Of a stretch of 64,000 nt of DNA, positions 55,309 through 64,000 are shown piece by piece. The stretch lies in assembly GCA_020445605.1 (NCBI GenBank), contig JAGRGH010000037.1:108354-172353 (forward strand), in the 5' to 3' direction. The DNA comes from Chromatiales bacterium (lineage in GTDB: Bacteria; Pseudomonadota; Gammaproteobacteria; JAGRGH01). The notes beneath the pieces are model-generated. The model saw nothing but the letters and a program-made list of their open reading frames with translations. It had not been told where the DNA came from and searched no databases. A program made the position numbers and the translations under genes. Every line of letters starts with the position of its first letter. The first letter of the stretch is position 1.

Positions 55309-56178
55309 TCAGCCCCAGCGCAGCTTCGCGCGCAGGACCGAGAAGTAGTCGTACTCCGGCAGGTGCAGCAGGCGCACCCGCTCGCGCTTGCGCACGACCC
55401 GCACGCGGGCGCCCGTCGGGACTTCGAATCCGGTCTGGCCGTCACAGGTCACGCGCGCGGTGTTCGCCATGGCGTCCGCGACTGTGATCTCGATGGGTTC
55501 ATCGCCGCTCACGACCAGTGGCCGGTTGCTGAGTGTGTGCGGGCAGATCGGCACCAGCAGCGTCGCGTCGAGCTGCGGTTCGAGGATCGGGCCGCCACCG
55601 GACAGCGCATAGGCCGTCGACCCGGTCGGGGTCGAAACGATCAGTCCGTCGGCGCGCTGGCGATTCAGGAACCGTCCGCCGATGGTGGTTTCCAGTTCGA
55701 TCATCCGCGCCGTGCCCCACTTGTGCACGACCACGTCGTTGAAGGCGTCGGCACGGCTCACCGCGTGACCCTCGTGCTCGATCTCGCAGGCGAGGATGGA
55801 GCGACGTTCCTCCAGGAATTCGCCGTCGAGGATGCGTTCGAGGCTGGTTTGCATGTCGCCAGCCGAGATCTCGGCGAGAAATCCGAGGCGACCCAGGTTG
55901 ACGCCCACCAGCGGCACGTCCGTCGCGAGCATCGCCCGTGCGCAGTGCAGCAGCGTGCCGTCGCCACCCAGTACGATGGCGAGGTCCACACGCCGGGCGA
56001 GTTCATCGATTGGCAGACCGGTCGTGCCGGCCTGCGCACAGCAGGCGGCCGTGGTCTCCTCGAACAGGACCTTGGGCACGCGCGTGCCCAGCCAGCCGGC
56101 GAGCGCGGCCAGCGCGCCGCTGACACGCGGGTCCTCCGGTTTTCCGATCAGCCCGATGCTTTGAAAGCGTGACGCCAT
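55309..56178 (-). CDS. nadK: NAD+ kinase
   Basis: Trimmed to the ATG at 56178, giving 289 aa. It has the motifs GGDGTLL and ...STPTGSTAYALSGGGPI.... Confidence 0.9.
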   Translation of the reverse strand: MASRFQSIGLIGKPEDPRVSGALAALAGWLGTRVPKVLFEETTAACCAQAGTTGLPIDELARRVDLAIVLGGDGTLLHCARAMLATDVPLVGVNLGRLGFLAEISAGDMQTSLERILDGEFLEERRSILACEIEHEGHAVSRADAFNDVVVHKWGTARMIELETTIGGRFLNRQRADGLIVSTPTGSTAYALSGGGPILEPQLDATLLVPICPHTLSNRPLVVSGDEPIEITVADAMANTARVTCDGQTGFEVPTGARVRVVRKRERVRLLHLPEYDYFSVLRAKLRWG

Positions 56179-56251
56179 GGCTTGATTTCCCGAGATGTTC
56201 CAGACACTAGCACGGCGATCCGGTCGTTCCAACTGTGCGCACGGAGGCGTT

Positions 56252-56761
56252 TCAGTCGGGATTCGGACGGCAGGCCGCAGGGTCGGTCAGGTGGGTTCTG
56301 GAAGGGTCGACGACGAACTCGTCGGCGAGCGCCGAGCGTCCGAGCAGCAGTGGATAGTCGAGGCCGCTGCGATCCACCAGATTCGCTTCGATCGTGCGCG
56401 TCACGCCGCCGACACAGACCTCCAGACGGATCACGGGCCTGCGCTGGACCGCACCAAAGTGCCGGCGGATGGTCACATAGCGCAGGATCGGCCGTTCGAG
56501 GATCACGGGGCGCGCCGAGCCGGCGCCGATTTCGAGCTGTACCCAGTCGACGCCATCGCGGCTGAAGTACCGGGGGTACGCCGCATGCAGCGAGGCCGTG
56601 TCGGCGCCGGTATCGAGCTTGGCCTGCAACGGCACCCGCTGCGGACCGAGGAATACGGGCTCGACCCAGCCCGCTGTCTTCGCGGCATTCGCGCTGGATG
56701 CGATCAGCAGGGCGGCAAGCGGCGCCGCAAGCCGGTTCCGCCACGACGCTGGCCTTGACAC
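56252..56761 (-). CDS. retropepsin-like / putative ATP-dependent zinc protease family (DUF785) protein with a signal peptide
   Basis: This is the 3' 510 nt of artefactual track ORF 56252-58036, with a GTG start at 56761. It has a signal-like N-terminus (LAAPLAALLIASSANAA). It also contains LQAKLDTGADTASLHA and ...DYPLLLGRS..., typical of the PF05618-type fold. Confidence 0.62.
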   Translation of the reverse strand: MSRPASWRNRLAAPLAALLIASSANAAKTAGWVEPVFLGPQRVPLQAKLDTGADTASLHAAYPRYFSRDGVDWVQLEIGAGSARPVILERPILRYVTIRRHFGAVQRRPVIRLEVCVGGVTRTIEANLVDRSGLDYPLLLGRSALADEFVVDPSRTHLTDPAACRPNPD

Positions 56762-56842
56762 CTGCGTCGCTGCTCGGTAGCGTGCCCTGAGCGATCCGGG
56801 TTCGATCGCTAAGCGGCTGTTTTCCAAGGAATCATCACGCAT

Positions 56843-57895
56843 TTGTCGAATCTGAGGCCAACACTCACGGATCGTCAGCAGCACCTGCTGAAGGTGCTGG
56901 TCGAGCGTTATATCGAAGACGCGCAGCCGGTCGGATCGCGCTCGCTCGCGCGCGATTCCGGGCTTGATCTCAGCCCCGCGACGATACGCAACGTCATGGC
57001 CGATCTGGAAGACCTCGGCCTGGTCAGTTCGCCGCACACCTCGGCGGGGCGCATTCCCACGGTTGCCGGCTACCGGATCTTTGTCGATTCTCTGGTGACC
57101 TGCCGGCCGGTCGACGATGCATCGGTGCGTGAGCTCCGCTCCGTGCTGCGGGCCGACATCATTTCGTCCGGCGAGCTGCTCGCGCGTGCCTCGCAGATGC
57201 TCTCGGGCGTGACGAACCTGGCCGGTCTGGTCATGGTGCCACGCCGATCGCGCGTTGCGTTCCGGCATATCGAGTTTCTGCCGCTGGCCGGTAACCGCGT
57301 GCTGGCGATCCTCGTGACCGACGAGCGCGAGGTCCATAACCGCATCCTGCATACCGATCGTGACTACGCCGCCGCCGAGCTGGAGCAGGCGGCAAATTTC
57401 CTGAATCAGCAGTACGCCGGTCGCGACCTGAACAGCGCGCGGGAGCAGCTGATTCGGGAACTGCGCGCCACGCGCGAGCACATGAACGAACGCATGGCCT
57501 CGATCATCGCGATGGCCGAGCAGGTCATGGGTGTCGAAGGCGAGGCCGATTCCGGCGACTATGTGCTGAGCGGTCAGACCAACCTCATGCAGATCGAGGA
57601 CCTCGCCGACATGCGGCGCCTGCGCGATCTGTTCGAGGCCTTCACCGAGAAACAGCAGATCCTGCACCTGCTGGAGAAATGCGTGCAGGCGAACGGCGTG
57701 AAGGTGTTCATCGGCGAGGAATCCGGCTACCAGCCGCTCGATGGATGCAGCGTGGTCGCCTCGCAGTACCAGGTCGACGGCGAGGTCATCGGCGTGCTCG
57801 GCGTGATCGGGCCGACGCGCATGGCCTACGATCGGGTCATCCCGGTCGTCGACATAACCGCGCGCCTGCTCAGCGCGGCCTTGAAACAACCCTAG
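56843..57895 (+). CDS. hrcA: heat-inducible transcription repressor HrcA
   Basis: 350 aa with a TTG start. It has the N-terminal winged helix (LLKVLVERYIEDAQPVGSRSLA...SPATIRNVMADLEDLGL) and lies upstream of grpE-dnaK. Confidence 0.92.
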   Translation: MSNLRPTLTDRQQHLLKVLVERYIEDAQPVGSRSLARDSGLDLSPATIRNVMADLEDLGLVSSPHTSAGRIPTVAGYRIFVDSLVTCRPVDDASVRELRSVLRADIISSGELLARASQMLSGVTNLAGLVMVPRRSRVAFRHIEFLPLAGNRVLAILVTDEREVHNRILHTDRDYAAAELEQAANFLNQQYAGRDLNSAREQLIRELRATREHMNERMASIIAMAEQVMGVEGEADSGDYVLSGQTNLMQIEDLADMRRLRDLFEAFTEKQQILHLLEKCVQANGVKVFIGEESGYQPLDGCSVVASQYQVDGEVIGVLGVIGPTRMAYDRVIPVVDITARLLSAALKQP

Positions 57896-57971
57896 CCGGC
57901 CCCAGCTTCCCGCAAACCCGTTTTCCGCCGGCCGTCGTGCCGTGCGCCCGTGTATTTCTCTGGAGGAACGA

Positions 57972-58529
57972 ATGCCGGACCAGGACCCCACCGCGGTCGA
58001 TCCGTCGAGATCCAATGCGAGCCCCGCCGACGCCACGCCGTTCGATACGCCGGCCGGGGCCGAGGCCGCCGATGCCCGACTCGCCGCCGCCGAGCAGGAG
58101 GCCGCCGATCTGCGTGATCAGCTGCTGCGGCTGCGTGCCGAAATGGACAATCTGCGCAAGCGCCAGCAGCGCGAGCTGGACGCGGCGCACAAGTACGCCG
58201 GCGAGCGTTTTGCCAGCGAGCTGCTGCCGGTGCGCGATTCCATGGAACTCGGCTGGCTGACCATCGCGGACGACGCCGCGGACATCACCAAGGTGCGCGA
58301 GGGCTACGAGCTGACCATCCGCCAGCTCGACGTCATGATGGAGAAGGTCGGGCTGGAGCCGGTCGACCCCGAGGGTCTGCCCTTCGACCCGGAGCGGCAC
58401 CAGGCAATGGCGACCGAGCCGAGCGCGGAACTCGCGCCGAACACGGTCGTGAAGGTCTACCAGAAGGGCTGGCTGCTGCACGACCGGCTGCTGCGCCCGG
58501 CCATGGTCGTGGTCTCGACCCGGCCATGA
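57972..58529 (+). CDS. grpE: nucleotide exchange factor GrpE
   Basis: The ATG at 57972 follows a GGAGGA RBS. It contains a coiled coil (LRAEMDNLRKRQQRE) and the C-terminal beta domain (...KGWLLHDRLLRPAMV). Confidence 0.9.
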   Translation: MPDQDPTAVDPSRSNASPADATPFDTPAGAEAADARLAAAEQEAADLRDQLLRLRAEMDNLRKRQQRELDAAHKYAGERFASELLPVRDSMELGWLTIADDAADITKVREGYELTIRQLDVMMEKVGLEPVDPEGLPFDPERHQAMATEPSAELAPNTVVKVYQKGWLLHDRLLRPAMVVVSTRP

Positions 58530-58539
58530 GGCGTGCCGG

Positions 58540-58567
58540 GTTGAAAGAGCAAGCCTAAACCCCAGAT
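58540..58567 (+). promoter_or_regulatory. sigma32-type heat-shock promoter for dnaK
   Basis: GTTGAAA (58540-46), a 13-nt spacer, then CCCCAGAT (58560-67). This compares with the consensus CTTGAAA-N13-17-CCCCATNT. It lies about 77 nt upstream of the dnaK ATG. Confidence 0.6.
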
Positions 58568-58643
58568 TCCGTGGCATTGGTGTCATCCGAACCGACACCG
58601 CCCAAGACACATAATCAGTTAATTTCAGGAGCTGACGAAGCAC

Positions 58644-60560
58644 ATGGCCAAGATCATCGGTATCGACCTCGGCACCACGAACTCGTGCGTGGCCGTGATG
58701 GAGGGCGACAAGCCCCGCGTCATCGAAAACAGCGAAGGCGCCCGTACGACGCCCTCGATCGTCGCGTTTACCGACGACGACGTGCTCGTCGGCCAGTCGG
58801 CCAAGCGTCAGGCGGTCACCAACCCGACCAACACCCTGTTCGCGATCAAGCGACTGATTGGCCGGCGCTTCACCGACGATGTCGTGCAGCGCGACATCAA
58901 GATGGTGCCCTACAAGATTGCCAAGGCCGACAACGGCGACGCGTGGGTCGAGGTCAAAGGCAAGAAGATGGCGCCGCCGGAGGTCTCAGCGCGCGTGCTC
59001 ATGAAGATGAAGAAGACCGCCGAGGACTATCTCGGCGAGACCGTCAGCGAGGCCGTGATCACGGTGCCGGCGTATTTCAACGACGCCCAGCGCCAGGCGA
59101 CCAAGGACGCCGGCAAGATCGCCGGGCTGACGGTCAAGCGCATCATCAACGAGCCGACCGCCGCCGCACTGGCCTACGGCATGGACAAGAAGCGCGGCGA
59201 TGCCAAGATTGCCGTGTACGACCTGGGCGGCGGCACCTTCGACATCTCGATCATCGAGATTGCCGAGATTGACGGTGAGCACCAGTTCGAGGTGCTGTCG
59301 ACCAATGGCGACACCTTCCTTGGTGGTGAGGACTTCGACCTGCGCATCATCGACTACCTCGCCGACACGTTTAACAAGGAACAGGGCGTTGATCTGCGCG
59401 GTGACCCGCTCGCGATGCAGCGCCTCAAGGAGGCCGCGGAAAAGGCCAAGATCGAGCTGTCGTCGAGCCAGCAGACCGACATCAATCTGCCGTACATCAC
59501 GGCGGACAAGTCCGGTCCGAAGCACCTCAATGTCAAGCTTACGCGTGCGAAGCTGGAGTCCCTGGTCGAGGACCTGATCGCGCGCACGATCGAGCCGTGC
59601 AAGATCGCCGTGAAGGATGCCGGCCTGTCCATGTCCGAGATCGACGACATCATTCTCGTCGGCGGTCAGACGCGCATGCCCAAGGTTCAGGAGATCGCGA
59701 AGAACTTCTTCGGCAAGGAACCGCGCAAGGACGTGAATCCGGATGAGGCCGTTGCTGTGGGCGCCGCGGTGCAGGCCGCCGTGCTGTCCGGCGAGGTCAA
59801 GGACGTGCTGCTGCTTGATGTCACGCCGCTGTCGCTCGGGATCGAGACCCTCGGTGGTGTCATGACCAAGCTCATCGAGAAAAACACGACCATCCCGACC
59901 AAGGCCCAGCAGGTCTTTTCGACCGCTGACGACAGCCAGACGGCGGTCACCGTGCATGTGCTCCAGGGTGAGCGCGAGCGTGCGGCCGACAACAAGTCGC
60001 TCGGGCGCTTCGATCTCTCGGACATCCCGCCGGCGCCGCGCGGCGTGCCGCAGATCGAGGTGACTTTCGATATCGATGCAAACGGCATCCTGAACGTGTC
60101 CGCGAAGGACAAGGCCACTGGCAAGGAGCAGAACATCGTGATCAAGGCCTCGTCCGGGCTTTCGGACGACGAGGTCGAACGCATGGTGCGCGATGCCGAG
60201 TCGCATGCCGAGGAAGACCGCAAGTTCCACGAGCTGGTCACTGCGCGCAACCAGGCCGACAATCTCGTGCATGCGACCCGCAAGTCGCTGAAAGACCTGG
60301 GCGACAAGGTCGCCGCTGCCGAAATGGCCGAGGCCGAGGATGCGATCAAGGCGCTCGAGGAAGTCCTCAAGGGCGACGACAAGGACCAGATCGACGCCAA
60401 GGCCCAGGCGCTCGCAACAATTGCCGGCAAGCTCGCCGAACAGGCGTATGCGAAAGCCGGCGGCGATGGCGCCGAAACTGAAACGGCCGGCGCGAAGAAG
60501 GCTGCCGGCGACGATGTCGTCGACGCGGAGTTCGAGGAGGTCGACGACCGCAAGTCCTGA
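58644..60560 (+). CDS. dnaK: molecular chaperone DnaK (Hsp70)
   Basis: 638 aa with unmistakable Hsp70 signatures ([29 protein letters not shown]). Confidence 0.98.
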   Translation: MAKIIGIDLGTTNSCVAVMEGDKPRVIENSEGARTTPSIVAFTDDDVLVGQSAKRQAVTNPTNTLFAIKRLIGRRFTDDVVQRDIKMVPYKIAKADNGDAWVEVKGKKMAPPEVSARVLMKMKKTAEDYLGETVSEAVITVPAYFNDAQRQATKDAGKIAGLTVKRIINEPTAAALAYGMDKKRGDAKIAVYDLGGGTFDISIIEIAEIDGEHQFEVLSTNGDTFLGGEDFDLRIIDYLADTFNKEQGVDLRGDPLAMQRLKEAAEKAKIELSSSQQTDINLPYITADKSGPKHLNVKLTRAKLESLVEDLIARTIEPCKIAVKDAGLSMSEIDDIILVGGQTRMPKVQEIAKNFFGKEPRKDVNPDEAVAVGAAVQAAVLSGEVKDVLLLDVTPLSLGIETLGGVMTKLIEKNTTIPTKAQQVFSTADDSQTAVTVHVLQGERERAADNKSLGRFDLSDIPPAPRGVPQIEVTFDIDANGILNVSAKDKATGKEQNIVIKASSGLSDDEVERMVRDAESHAEEDRKFHELVTARNQADNLVHATRKSLKDLGDKVAAAEMAEAEDAIKALEEVLKGDDKDQIDAKAQALATIAGKLAEQAYAKAGGDGAETETAGAKKAAGDDVVDAEFEEVDDRKS

Positions 60561-60581
60561 ACCGAGCGGACGCGCGAAACC

Positions 60582-60628
60582 GGCCCCCGGTTGCCGAGCC
60601 ATCTGGCTCGGTGGCCGGGGGCCTTTTT
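60582..60628 (+). terminator. rho-independent terminator after dnaK
   Basis: An outer stem, GGCCCCCGG...CCGGGGGCC, encloses CCGAGCCatctGGCTCGG. TTTTT follows. Confidence 0.78.
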
Positions 60629-60709
60629 GTGCGCCCTGCGGTTCGCGGCTATGATTCCACGGCAGACTATGGCGGGCGGGGCGATGGACTGCGGAGTGTC
60701 CGATCACTG

Positions 60710-62749
60710 ATGAGCGTTTCCGGTCGCATCGAAACCGCGTCGAGTCCCGAGACAGCGCCGGCGCTCTCGCCGCTGGCGCGGATCATCTATGCGCACCTCG
60801 ATGCGCAAGGTGTGGTGCGTGTCGCTTCGGACGGATTCGCGCACTGGTTCCAGCGCAGCGTTCGCGGGATCACCGGGCTGCCGCTCGACAAGGTCGTGGA
60901 CCGCCGCCATTTCGATGCCGTGCGCGGTTTTCTGCACGATCCGGTCACCCTGGGCAGGGTCGAGGTCGACGAGCCGCTGCCGCGTCCGGTCGGATCGAAC
61001 CGTCGTGCACGGTTTACCTACCTTCCTCAGTTCGCGTCCGGTTCGTGTTTTGGTTTCCTCGTCATCGCCGCCGATGTCTCGGCGCCGGCCGAGCCGGAAA
61101 CGGATGCCGCCTGGGGGCCCGATTTCGAACATTGCGCGGCGGTGCCGACCGTGGTGCTGCGGCGCGGGGCGCCGGATTCCCAGGTGCTGCATGCGAACGC
61201 CGCGTTCGGCGCCCTGAGTGGCCTGGACCCGGCGCGCCTGGGCGGCATGAGACTCGACCCCGGCGCCTGCCGCTGGCTCACTGCGGAGTCCACCGAGCGC
61301 CTGTGCGCGGCCGTGTCCCAGGGCCAGGCAACGAGCCTGGTGCTGCGCGCGCGCCAGTTCGGAACCGGCATTCCGCAATGGGTCGAGGCCGATCTGCTGC
61401 CACACCCCGAGGCCGGTGACCTCGTGTTCGCGGGCGTGCGCGACAGCTCGCGCGAACGTGAGCTCGTGCTGATTCAGCAGGACCTAGAGCGGCGGGTCAG
61501 CGAACGCACCAGCAAGCTCATGCAGACCACCCGCCGGTTGCAGACCGAGATCGCCGAGCGCGAGCGCGCCGAGCAGCGCGGCCGCCAGACCGAGGCGCGG
61601 GCCCGCGAGGCCGAGCGGCGTGCGCAGCTCGGCACTTGGACCTGGCTGGTCAGTTCCGATGAGATCTACTGGTCGAATGAGATCTATCAGCTGCTCGGTA
61701 TGAACGTCGAGCAGTTCGACCGCCGGTTTCGGGCGCTGGTGGATGCCGCGCAAGCCGACGACCGCGGGCGCGTGGATGCCGCCATCACGGCCCTCATCAA
61801 CGAGCAGCGCGGCTTTGATCTGGAATTTCGCATCGTCCGACCGGACGGCGAGGAGCGCACCCTGCGTGCGACGGCGGTGCGGGACGATGGTGCGGCCGGC
61901 GCGATCGAAATGACTGGCACGGTGCAGGATGTGACCTACCACCGCCGGCTCGAGGAGCAGGCCGCGTTGCAGCAGGCGCAGCTGGTGCAGGCCAATCGGC
62001 TCACGGCGCTCGGTACGCTGGTGTCGTCCATGGCGCACGAGGTCAACAACCCGAACAGCATGATCGCGATCAACGCACGCATCATCGCCACGGCCTTGAA
62101 CGATCTTGAACCCGCGCTGGTGGCCTGGGCGGGACAGCACCCGGACTGGCAGATCGCCGGCATTCCGCACGCCGAGCTGCGCGACCAGCTGCCCGGGCTG
62201 GTCGGCGATATCGTCGAGGGCGCGCGGCGCATCTCGGCGCTGGTCGAAAATCTGCGCGGCTTCACACGGCCGCAGCCCGAGCGCGCATTCGCGCTGTTCG
62301 ATGTCAACGAATCGGTGCACGGCGCCGTGCGGTTGCTCGATCGTGCGATCCGTGAGGCAACCGATGACTTTGCACTCGGGCTCGATGACGCACTTCCGCC
62401 GCTGCTCGGCGATCGCCTGCAGATCGAACAGGTGCTGGTCAATCTCATGATGAATGCGCTGGAGTCGCTGCCGGCGCGCGATTGCGCGGTGCGGGTGGAG
62501 ACCGCAATCGAGGCCGGCCGGCTGATGCTGCGCGTGCGCGACCGCGGAATTGGTCTGCCGCAGGCGCTGGGGCTGCGGGTGTTCGACCCGTTTGTGACGA
62601 CCAAGGCGGAGCGGGGCGGCACGGGGCTGGGACTGTCGATTTCGCGCACCATCGTCGAGGCACACGGCGGCAGCCTGAGTCTGAGCCCGGATGCGGCGGG
62701 TGGCACGCTCGCCGAGGTGACGCTGCCACACGCGGAGACGAGGCAATGA
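60710..62749 (+). CDS. PAS-domain sensor histidine kinase
   Basis: Trimmed to the ATG at 60710, downstream of the dnaK terminator. It has PAS-like segments (...GTWTWLVSSDEIYWSNEIYQLLG...), the H-box SSMAHEVNNP, the N-box NLMMNALES and the G-box GTGLGLSISRTIVEAHGG. Confidence 0.85.
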   Translation: MSVSGRIETASSPETAPALSPLARIIYAHLDAQGVVRVASDGFAHWFQRSVRGITGLPLDKVVDRRHFDAVRGFLHDPVTLGRVEVDEPLPRPVGSNRRARFTYLPQFASGSCFGFLVIAADVSAPAEPETDAAWGPDFEHCAAVPTVVLRRGAPDSQVLHANAAFGALSGLDPARLGGMRLDPGACRWLTAESTERLCAAVSQGQATSLVLRARQFGTGIPQWVEADLLPHPEAGDLVFAGVRDSSRERELVLIQQDLERRVSERTSKLMQTTRRLQTEIAERERAEQRGRQTEARAREAERRAQLGTWTWLVSSDEIYWSNEIYQLLGMNVEQFDRRFRALVDAAQADDRGRVDAAITALINEQRGFDLEFRIVRPDGEERTLRATAVRDDGAAGAIEMTGTVQDVTYHRRLEEQAALQQAQLVQANRLTALGTLVSSMAHEVNNPNSMIAINARIIATALNDLEPALVAWAGQHPDWQIAGIPHAELRDQLPGLVGDIVEGARRISALVENLRGFTRPQPERAFALFDVNESVHGAVRLLDRAIREATDDFALGLDDALPPLLGDRLQIEQVLVNLMMNALESLPARDCAVRVETAIEAGRLMLRVRDRGIGLPQALGLRVFDPFVTTKAERGGTGLGLSISRTIVEAHGGSLSLSPDAAGGTLAEVTLPHAETRQ

Positions 62750-64000
62750 ATCTGCAAGTCGCGGCCAATCCGTCGGGTCCGGTGGCCCCGATTCTGCTGG
62801 TCGACGACGAGCCGGCGCTGCTCAAGGGCCTGGCGCTGACCCTGCGCAGTGCCGGGTTCGAACGGGTCGACACCATCGAGGACTCGCGCCTGGTCGTCGC
62901 GCGGCTCGAGGCGGCGCCGGTCGCGGCCGTCGTGCTCGATCTCACGATGCCCTATCTCGACGGCGAGACGCTTTTGCGACGCATCGTCGAACGGCACCCC
63001 GAGGTGCCGGTCGTGATCGTCACGGCCACCAACGATGTCGATACGGCGGTGCGCTGCATCCGTGCCGGGGCGGTGGACTACCTCGTCAAACCGGTGGAGC
63101 CCGACCGGCTCATTGCCGCGGTCGCGCGTACGCTGGAACTGCGCGAACTGCGCGGTGAGGTCGAACGCCTGCGGTCGAGCCTGCTCGAGGAGCGAGAGGC
63201 GCGGCCCGCGGCGTTCGCGCCGATCCTGACCCGCGACCCGGTGTTGGATCGACTGCTGCGCTACGTCGAGGCGATTGCGCCCTCGGCACAGCCCGTGCTG
63301 ATCACCGGCGAGACCGGGGTCGGCAAAGAACTGATCGCGCGGGCCGTGCATGAACTGTCCGGACGTGCGGGCCCGCTGGTCAGCGTGAACGTCGCGGGCA
63401 TCGACGATCAGGTGTTCGGCGATACGCTGTTCGGGCATCAGCGCGGTGCATTCACGGGGGCGGATGCAAACCGGCGCGGACTGATCCGTGAGGCCGGCGA
63501 GGGCACCGTGTTCCTCGACGAGATCGGCGATCTCGGCGCGGCCTCACAGGTCAAGCTGCTGCGTCTGCTTCAGGACGGCCAGTTCTATCCGCTCGGCGCG
63601 GATCGGCCGGAGCGCAGTCGGGCCCGGTTTGTCGTTGCGACGAATCGGCCGCTGGACGACTCCGGAGAGCAGTGGATGCGTCGGGATTTGTATTTCCGGC
63701 TGCGCACCCACCGGGTGCATGTGCCGCCGCTACGCGAACGGCGCGACGATCTGAAACTGCTCGTCCCGGCCATGCTCGCGCGCGCAGCACGCGAACTCGG
63801 CCGCACGGTGCCGGTGGTGCCGCCGGAGATCTTTGCGCTGCTCGGGGCCTATGAGTTTCCGGGCAATGTGCGCGAACTCGAATCGCTGCTGCACGACGCC
63901 GTTGCGCGCCACGAGCGCGGGGTACTGTCGCTCGAGAGTCTGCGTGCGGCGATCGGAGGACGGGCCGACAGCGAGCTGGGCGAACACCCGGCTGCATGGG
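62746..64000 (+). CDS. sigma54-dependent response regulator (NtrC family), 3'-truncated by the window edge
   Basis: This is not in the ORF track because there is no stop before the window end; the translation is my own. The start has an ATGA overlap with the kinase stop. It has a receiver domain (ILLVDDEP, DLTMPYLDG, VKP), AAA+ Walker A (GETGVGKELIARAVH) and the sigma54-contact motif GAFTGA at 63445-63462. Confidence 0.88.
   Translation, partial: MNLQVAANPSGPVAPILLVDDEPALLKGLALTLRSAGFERVDTIEDSRLVVARLEAAPVAAVVLDLTMPYLDGETLLRRIVERHPEVPVVIVTATNDVDTAVRCIRAGAVDYLVKPVEPDRLIAAVARTLELRELRGEVERLRSSLLEEREARPAAFAPILTRDPVLDRLLRYVEAIAPSAQPVLITGETGVGKELIARAVHELSGRAGPLVSVNVAGIDDQVFGDTLFGHQRGAFTGADANRRGLIREAGEGTVFLDEIGDLGAASQVKLLRLLQDGQFYPLGADRPERSRARFVVATNRPLDDSGEQWMRRDLYFRLRTHRVHVPPLRERRDDLKLLVPAMLARAARELGRTVPVVPPEIFALLGAYEFPGNVRELESLLHDAVARHERGVLSLESLRAAIGGRADSELGEHPAAW

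Noticed and set aside
56762-56842. A CIRCE operator or sigma32 promoter in the hrcA leader.
   Set aside because: No TTAGCACTC-N9-GAGTGCTAA-like inverted repeat is present. Only a weak sigma70-like pair was found (TTGACA at 56755-60, 17 nt, TAGCGT), which is too weak to report as a feature.
56762-58036. The upper part of the 594-aa minus-strand track ORF (56252-58036).
   Set aside because: It runs antisense to hrcA, which has unmistakable HrcA sequence on the plus strand. The translation is Arg/Gly/His-rich and not protein-like. Only the 3' 510 nt (56252-56761), which lies outside hrcA and encodes a DUF785-like domain with a signal peptide, was kept.

Overview
This is a visibly high-GC proteobacterial chromosome segment with gammaproteobacterial-type gene order. 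All calls come from motif and architecture recognition in the supplied translations plus my own reading of the DNA; no searches were run.

The conserved backbone is as follows.
- pyrH-frr-uppS-cdsA-dxr-rseP-bamA-skp-lpxD-fabZ-lpxA-lpxB-rnhB-dnaE (39-16172, +), and dnaQ.
- An 11-gene Mrp-type cation/proton antiporter cluster that lacks MrpA and has an embedded NhaD-type gene (28653-37510, -).
- sirB1-cysG, and a rhodanese gene.
- A PsrA-like TetR regulator with fadE, an acyl-CoA ligase, a reversed-order FadB and fadA (40840-49510, +).
- prpD plus isoaspartyl peptidase, and a cNMP-binding protein.
- recN-nadK divergent from hrcA-grpE-dnaK.
- A PAS histidine kinase with a sigma54-dependent response regulator that runs off the 3' edge.

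The less ordinary content is as follows.
1. An accessory block at about 19.4-27.4 kb. It holds three paralogous secreted proteins. One has a PEP-CTERM-like tail. One carries Asp-Lys/Ser-rich tandem repeats encoded by a (GACAAG)14 microsatellite. Two perfect CRP-type boxes precede the block. It is followed by a translationally coupled trio: a membrane-fused spermidine-synthase-like protein and two polytopic membrane proteins.
2. A 437-bp multi-hairpin element bounded by perfect 21-nt inverted repeats. It is wedged between a stop codon and the dnaQ ribosome-binding site. Two further partial copies lie at about 37.6 kb and about 53.5 kb. All three copies sit immediately 3' of a co-oriented gene.

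No rRNA, tRNA, CRISPR array or transposase ORF was seen. Most long ORFs in the track that run antisense to these genes are high-GC artefacts.
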